A stretch of 64,000 bases of DNA from NCBI GenBank assembly GCA_965262725.1, contig OZ253555.1, positions 2,016,001 through 2,080,000 on the forward strand, given 5' to 3'. This DNA is from Dehalococcoidia bacterium (lineage in GTDB: Bacteria; Chloroflexota; Dehalococcoidia; UBA2979). The translations under genes and the position numbers were made by a program. Positions 58,858 through 64,000 of this stretch are shown here, piece after piece. Below the pieces are notes generated by a model that had not been told where the DNA came from, did not search any database, and was given only the letters and a program-made list of their open reading frames with translations. Position 1 is the stretch's first letter. Every line of letters starts with the position of its first letter.

Positions 58858-59694
58858 CTACTCCACCCACTCCCACAGGGAGCGTCGCCGGATCCGCAGG
58901 CCGCGGCGCCTGGCCGGCCGCCCGCGGAAGAGCGGGGCGACGAGATCCTGCAGCTCCTCGGAGGGCTCGAGCCCGGACTCGCTCATGCTGTCCTCGTGGA
59001 GGGCGAGGTAGGCGCGCTTCGCCGCGCCGGTGTTCGCCTGCGAGAGGTGGATCTCGATCAGGACGCGCGCCGCGGTCTCGCGCACGGGGTCGGCGTCCAG
59101 CGCCGCGTGCATGAGGTCCAGCGCCGGGCCCACCGCTCCGCGCTCCGCCAGCGCCCGCGCGCGCACATCGAGCCCGTGCAGCGAGCGGTCGCGCAGCCGG
59201 TCGCGGCTCCTGCGGACCCACTTCTCGTCCCAGCCGGGCAGCAGTTCCCGCGTGAGGAGCTCGACGTCTTCGGCGCTCAGCTCCCGGGGCTCCGGCGAGG
59301 GGTCGGCCAGCCGCCTGGCGAGCGCCTCGATCTCGCGGCTGTCGACCGCCACGTCGGCGCCGAGACGGAGCGTGCCGCGGTCCACCTCGACCAGCGATCG
59401 CGGGGCATGCTCGCGGAGGCGGACCAGTTCGGTGCGCAGGCTCGCGGCCGCGCTCACGGAGCCGAGGTGCGGCGTGAGCAGTTTGGCGGCGCTGGATCGG
59501 GGCAGGCCGCCGGGGTTCAGGGCGAGCAGCGCGACGAGGCGGCGTACGCCCTTCGGGAGCGTGCACTCGACGCCGTCGGCCGTGACCGCGAACTCCCCGA
59601 GAAGCGTGACCCGGAGCCCGGAGGCTCGCCGCCGGCCGGTGCGGGCCGCGCGGCGCAGCGGCGGCGGCTCGCCGGCTGCTGCTGGTGTGGCCAT
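58858..59694 (-). CDS. SARP/AfsR-type regulator (wHTH plus BTAD)
   Basis: VTLLGEFAV, RLVALLAL, ELLPGW, DPVRE and GLEPS motifs. Confidence 0.88.
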   Translation of the reverse strand: MATPAAAGEPPPLRRAARTGRRRASGLRVTLLGEFAVTADGVECTLPKGVRRLVALLALNPGGLPRSSAAKLLTPHLGSVSAAASLRTELVRLREHAPRSLVEVDRGTLRLGADVAVDSREIEALARRLADPSPEPRELSAEDVELLTRELLPGWDEKWVRRSRDRLRDRSLHGLDVRARALAERGAVGPALDLMHAALDADPVRETAARVLIEIHLSQANTGAAKRAYLALHEDSMSESGLEPSEELQDLVAPLFRGRPARRRGLRIRRRSLWEWVE

Positions 59695-59818
59695 GTCGTG
59701 TCCTCCGATCCCGTCGCCGCGCCCGGAAGGAGCGTCTCGCGGCGGGGTCCGCGAGCGCCGGAGCGACTCGTCGCCGGGCCGGCCGCGGTGCCGGCCGGCG
59801 GCGCGGGCACGACCGGAG

Positions 59819-59957
59819 CGTCACAAATCGCGCGACAAACCGGACGCCTCCGGCGCCCCGATCCGAACCTGAACCGGCGGGACCGGGCGGCGTCCGGGGC
59901 ACGCGGACGCGCATCCCGGGGCCCGCCGCGGCCGTTCTTGTTGCGCGATTTGTGACG
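59819..59957. promoter_or_regulatory. pair of inverted 15-bp motifs in the divergent SARP/tad intergenic region
   Basis: CGTCACAAATCGCGC (59819-59833) and its exact reverse complement (59943-59957). Confidence 0.6.
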
Positions 59958-60113
59958 TTCGCCGCCTAGGCTCGCGGTCCGTGTCGCCGGCGCCGGCCCG
60001 CGTGTCGCGAGGGCCCCGCCATCGGTCGCATCCGCACCGGCCGCGCCGGCACACCCACCGACCGTGTGCCGCCCCGGGGGGGAGGCACACGGGCCAGACG
60101 ACGGGACGGCGGG

Positions 60114-60818
60114 ATGGCCCAGGAGAGCTCCGGGAGAGGCCTTCAGGCGGTGGCGATGCCCCGCATGGACGTGCGGCTCCTCGCCGGCGCGGCGCTCGTC
60201 GCCGTCTCGGTGGTGGGGAGCCTCACCCTCTGGCAGCGCGCGCAGATCACGGCCCCGGTCGTGGTCGCGGCGCGCGCCATCGAGTCCGGCCGCGTCATCG
60301 AGTCCGGGGACCTGGCGGTCGCGGAGGCGCGGCTCCCGGACGCCCTCGAGCGGCTCGCGCTGCCGGAGGCCGAGCTCGGGGAGGCCGTCGGCCGCACCGC
60401 GACCGGGCCCATCCACGCCGGCGCGCTCGTCGTGCGGCCCGACCTCGGCTCGGGCCCGGCGATCGGTCCCGGCGAGCTGGCGGTGACGATCCCCGTTCCG
60501 GACGACGCCGTCTACGCGCGCATCCGCCGCGGCGACGCCGTGGCCGTGATGGCGACCACCGACGCCGGCCAGCCGGAGAGCCGCACGGTCGCGCTCCTGG
60601 AGCGGGCGACGGTCTACGCGGTGGCGCTCGAGGCCGCGCGGGTCTCGCTCGGCGGCGGGGGCGCGGGCGAGGAAGAGGGCCGCCCCACGAACGTGACGCT
60701 CGTGATCCCGCGCGGGCGCGCCTCCGCGGTCGCCCACGCCCTCGTCAACGCCGAACTGACGCTGCTGCTGCTCCCGCCCGACCCCGTCGCCGCCCCCGGG
60801 GACGGAGAGCGGCCGTGA
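60114..60818 (+). CDS. cpaB: CpaB/RcpC-like SAF-domain pilus assembly protein
   Basis: TM helix, VVVAARAIESG..I..GDL, GDAVAVMAT and VTL motifs. First gene of the tad operon. Confidence 0.8.
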   Translation: MAQESSGRGLQAVAMPRMDVRLLAGAALVAVSVVGSLTLWQRAQITAPVVVAARAIESGRVIESGDLAVAEARLPDALERLALPEAELGEAVGRTATGPIHAGALVVRPDLGSGPAIGPGELAVTIPVPDDAVYARIRRGDAVAVMATTDAGQPESRTVALLERATVYAVALEAARVSLGGGGAGEEEGRPTNVTLVIPRGRASAVAHALVNAELTLLLLPPDPVAAPGDGERP

Positions 60819-62041
60819 GCGGCTCCGGCGCGCCCGCGCCCCGCGTCCTGGTCGCGGTCGGCGACCGTGCGCTGGAGGGCCGGCTCACGCGCGAACTCGC
60901 CGGGGCCGGCATCGGCGTGGCCGGGCGCTGCCTGGACGGGCCGAGCCTCCTGGAGCGGGCCGGCGAGCCGGGCGTGGACGCGGTGCTGGCGGCGCCCGGC
61001 CTCCACCGGCTCACCGACGAGATCCTGACCTCGCTCTCGGAGCGCCGCATCCCCGTGGTGCTGCTGGCCGGCGCATCGGACGACGTCGCCCGCCTCTCCC
61101 GCCTCTCCCGCCTCGGCCGCGTGGTGCCCGCCGCCTCGTCTCCCGCCGTCGTGGCTGCGGCGCTCCGGGAGGCGCGGGCGCGGGGCGCCCCCGTGCCCGC
61201 GGGTCGCGACGCCCCCCGGCCGGCGGGCGAGACATCGCGTGTCCCCGCGGTCCCGGAGCGCGGCGGCGGGCGTGGCGGGCGCCTGCTCGCCGTCGCGAGC
61301 GGGAAGGGCGCCCCCGGCGCGACGACGATTGCCGTCGCGCTCGCGGCGCTTTTCTCCGAGCGCGCGCCCGACGTGGTGCTTCTCGACGCCGACCTCCGCG
61401 GCGGCAACGTCGCGCCCGCGCTCGACCTCGACCCGAGGCGGGGACTCGTGGGCGTCGCGGCGCCCGACGCCGACATCGCCTCCGAGCTCCAGGCGGGGCC
61501 GGGATTCTCCGTGCTCGCCGGCATCGAGCGCCCCGAGCTCGCGGCCGCTCTCCGCGAGGAGACGCCGGCCCGCGCCGCGGCGGCGCTCCGGGAGCGCTCG
61601 GGGACGGTCGTCGTCGACCTCGGCGTCTCGGTGCCGCCGGGGCTGCTGCGCCCGGACGACGAACTGCTGCTCGTGAGCGGCGCCGACCTCGTCTCCATCT
61701 GGAACGCCCGCATCGCGCTCCCCGGCCTCCGCGGGCGGGCGGGGGGCGCGCGCATCCGCGCCGCCGTCAACCGCCGCGAGGGCCGCGACCACTACGGGCG
61801 GCGCGAGGTCGAGCGCGCGCTCGGCATCCCGGTGGCGGGCGTCGTGCGCGAGGAGCGCGAGACCGCCCGGCGCGCCGTGGCGCTCCAGCTGCCGCTCCCC
61901 GCGGTCGGCGGCCGCGTCGTCTCCGACCTGCGCGCGCTCGCCGTCGCGCTCGCCGGGCCCGACGCGGTCCGGGCGGAGCCGCAGCTCGCGCTCGTCGACT
62001 TCCGGCTTCCGAGCCTTCAGGGAGGGGCGCTCAGGTGGTGA
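60815..62041 (+). CDS. cpaE: CpaE/TadZ-like protein (degenerate receiver plus MinD/ParA ATPase)
   Basis: GTGA overlap, SGKGAPGATT, LLDAD and VNR motifs. Confidence 0.8.
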   Translation: MSGSGAPAPRVLVAVGDRALEGRLTRELAGAGIGVAGRCLDGPSLLERAGEPGVDAVLAAPGLHRLTDEILTSLSERRIPVVLLAGASDDVARLSRLSRLGRVVPAASSPAVVAAALREARARGAPVPAGRDAPRPAGETSRVPAVPERGGGRGGRLLAVASGKGAPGATTIAVALAALFSERAPDVVLLDADLRGGNVAPALDLDPRRGLVGVAAPDADIASELQAGPGFSVLAGIERPELAAALREETPARAAAALRERSGTVVVDLGVSVPPGLLRPDDELLLVSGADLVSIWNARIALPGLRGRAGGARIRAAVNRREGRDHYGRREVERALGIPVAGVVREERETARRAVALQLPLPAVGGRVVSDLRALAVALAGPDAVRAEPQLALVDFRLPSLQGGALRW

Positions 62042-63303
62042 CGCAGGCGGCGCCGGGGCGCGACCAGGCGATCCGCGACGACGTGCGCGAGGAACTCCGC
62101 GAGCTCCTCGACGCCGATGCGCTGCTCGCCCCGGGCCCGGACGAGTACGCCCGGGCGGAGCGTCTCGTCTCCTCGCGCATCGCCACCGAGAACCGCCGGG
62201 CGGCATCGCTCGGGATCCCGGGAGTGGACGACCCCGAGCGCCTCGCGCGGCGCATCCTCGACGAGCTGCTCGGCCTCGGGCCGCTGCAGCCGCTGCTCGA
62301 CGACCCCGAGGTCGAGGAGATCATCGTCAACGGCCCCGAGCGCGTCTTCGCGATCTCCGGCGGCCGCAAGCGCCTCTCCGAGGTCGTCTTCGAGTCGGAC
62401 GAGCAGCTGCTCGCGCTGCTCAGGCGGGCCATCGGGCCGCTGGGGCGCCGGCTCGACGAGACGAGCCCGATGGTCGACGCGAGGCTCCCCGACGGCTCGC
62501 GCCTCAACGCCGTGATCCCGCCGCTCGCCCAGGGCGGCACGCACGCCACGATCCGCAAGTTCGTACTGAGGGCGCGCACCCTCGACGACCTGGTCGCGCT
62601 CGACATGCTCACCGCCGAGGCCGCCTCCTTCCTGGAGGCGGCGGTCCGGGCCGGGCTCAACATGCTCATCGCCGGCGGCACCGGAAGCGGGAAGACGACC
62701 TGCCTCAACGCGCTCGGCGCCTGCGTCTCGGGCCTCACCGAGCGACTCGTCACCATCGAGGAGACGGCGGAGCTCCAGCTTCAGCCGGTGCTCCCGGACG
62801 CGGTCGCGCTGCAGGCGCGCCCGGCCAACCTGGAGGGGGCCGGCGGCATCCCGATCCGGGCGCTGGTCAAGAACGCGCTCCGCATGCGGCCGACCCGCAT
62901 CGTCGTCGGCGAGGTGCGGGGCGGCGAGGCGCTCGACATGCTCACCGCCATGAACTCGGGCCACGCCGGCTCGATGTGCACCATCCACGCCAACGGCCCC
63001 AGAGAGGCTCTCACCAAGCTCCGCACCTACGCGCTGATGGCGGAGGAATCGCTCCCGGCGCAGGCGGTGACCGAGATGATCGCCGAGGCGGTCGAGCTCG
63101 TCGTGCACCTGCGGATGGAGCCCTCGGGCCGGCGCCTGGTCTCCGCCATCTACGAGGTGACGGGCCTCGAGGGCGACGCCGTCTCCGGCACGGAGCTCTT
63201 CTCGCTCGAGGAGGGGCGCCTGCGCTGGAGCGGCATCCGCTCGCGCCGCTCGGCCAGGCTGCTCCAGGCCGGCTACGCCGGGCCCCCGGACGAGGCCTCC
63301 TGA
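62035..63303 (+). CDS. cpaF: CpaF/TadA pilus assembly ATPase
   Basis: GGTGSGKTT, TIEETAEL, LRMRPTRIVVGEVRG and GHAGSMCTIHAN. Confidence 0.95.
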   Translation: MVTQAAPGRDQAIRDDVREELRELLDADALLAPGPDEYARAERLVSSRIATENRRAASLGIPGVDDPERLARRILDELLGLGPLQPLLDDPEVEEIIVNGPERVFAISGGRKRLSEVVFESDEQLLALLRRAIGPLGRRLDETSPMVDARLPDGSRLNAVIPPLAQGGTHATIRKFVLRARTLDDLVALDMLTAEAASFLEAAVRAGLNMLIAGGTGSGKTTCLNALGACVSGLTERLVTIEETAELQLQPVLPDAVALQARPANLEGAGGIPIRALVKNALRMRPTRIVVGEVRGGEALDMLTAMNSGHAGSMCTIHANGPREALTKLRTYALMAEESLPAQAVTEMIAEAVELVVHLRMEPSGRRLVSAIYEVTGLEGDAVSGTELFSLEEGRLRWSGIRSRRSARLLQAGYAGPPDEAS

Positions 63304-64000
63304 TGCACGTCGTGCTGAGCCTCGCACTCGGAGCCGGCGTGCTCCTCCTCTTCCAGGCGCTCTCCGGCGCCCGGGGTGGTGCGCCGCGCCCCGCCGCCGG
63401 GGACGCGGCCCGGCAGGCGGCCGCCCTCGCCGGGCGCCTGCCGCGCACGGGACCCGAGGGCGCGGGGTTGCGCGAGTTCTGCGCGGCGAGCGCCGCCGCG
63501 GGCGTGGTCGCGGCGGCGCTCGCGCAGCTCGTGGCGGCGTGGCCGGTCGTGACGCTCACCGCCGGGGGCATCGGCGCGGCGCTCCCGGCCTGGTACCTCA
63601 GGCAGCGCGCCGCGCGCCGCCACGCCGAGATCGAGGAGGCGCTCGGCGAGGCGGTCGAGACGCTCCGGGACGCCGTGCGCATCGGGCTCGGCATCGAGGA
63701 ATCGCTCCGCGCGCTCGCGCGGACGGGCCCGCTGGCGCTCCGCCCGGTGCTCTCCGAGATGGAGCGCGACATCCGGCTCGCGGGATTCGAGGAGGCGATC
63801 ACGCGCGCGCGGGAGCGGCTCGCCGAGCCCCTCTTCGACACGCTCGCGGTCGCGCTCCTCACCTCCTACCGCATCGGCGGCCGCAACCTGGCTCAGGTGC
63901 TCGACGGCCTCAGCCAGTCGGTGCGCGGGAGCGTGCGCGTCAGACGCGAGGTGCGCGCGAACCAGGCCCAGAACGTGCTCTCGGCGCGCGTGATCGCGGC
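63303..64000 (+). CDS. tadB: TadB (type II secretion F family), truncated by the window end
   Basis: ATG overlaps the cpaF stop. TM helices, AVRIGLGIEE and GGRNLAQVLD. Confidence 0.85.
   Translation, partial: MHVVLSLALGAGVLLLFQALSGARGGAPRPAAGDAARQAAALAGRLPRTGPEGAGLREFCAASAAAGVVAAALAQLVAAWPVVTLTAGGIGAALPAWYLRQRAARRHAEIEEALGEAVETLRDAVRIGLGIEESLRALARTGPLALRPVLSEMERDIRLAGFEEAITRARERLAEPLFDTLAVALLTSYRIGGRNLAQVLDGLSQSVRGSVRVRREVRANQAQNVLSARVIA

Overview
High-GC bacterial accessory region. The gene repertoire suggests a Chloroflexota/Dehalococcoidia-like genome, but that is inference only. (1) 1-2.3 kb: an Nmad-like gene and an OGG1-type glycosylase. (2) 2986-14896: a nest of mobile elements with every junction resolvable. 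Two head-to-head IS1380 copies share three CTTAT target copies. The left copy carries two group II introns, one RT-encoding and one ORF-less. The ORF-less intron holds an IS110/IS1111 element, which holds an IS256, which holds an IS21. The IS110 element carries two tandem bridge/seekRNA-like cassettes with near-identical donor guides but different target guides, and one of them matches its present insertion site in intron domain I. (3) 15.5-28 kb: a defence-type cluster with a NucS-ATL fusion, a type I RM system interrupted by hicAB and a KAP NTPase, and a DUF6602-like gene. (4) 29067-55392: a 26.3-kb serine-recombinase integrative element splitting a sensor-kinase pseudogene. Its att site lies inside the integrase 3' end. 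It carries a relaxase/coupling-protein pair, AlbA_2 and ParA genes, and two convergent operons (trypsin, tubulin-like, vWA versus GTPase, ZorA-like, ZorB-like). (5) 55.8-64 kb: a GIY-YIG protein, SARP/BTAD regulators and the start of a Tad/Cpa pilus operon. No rRNA, tRNA or CRISPR array was seen.
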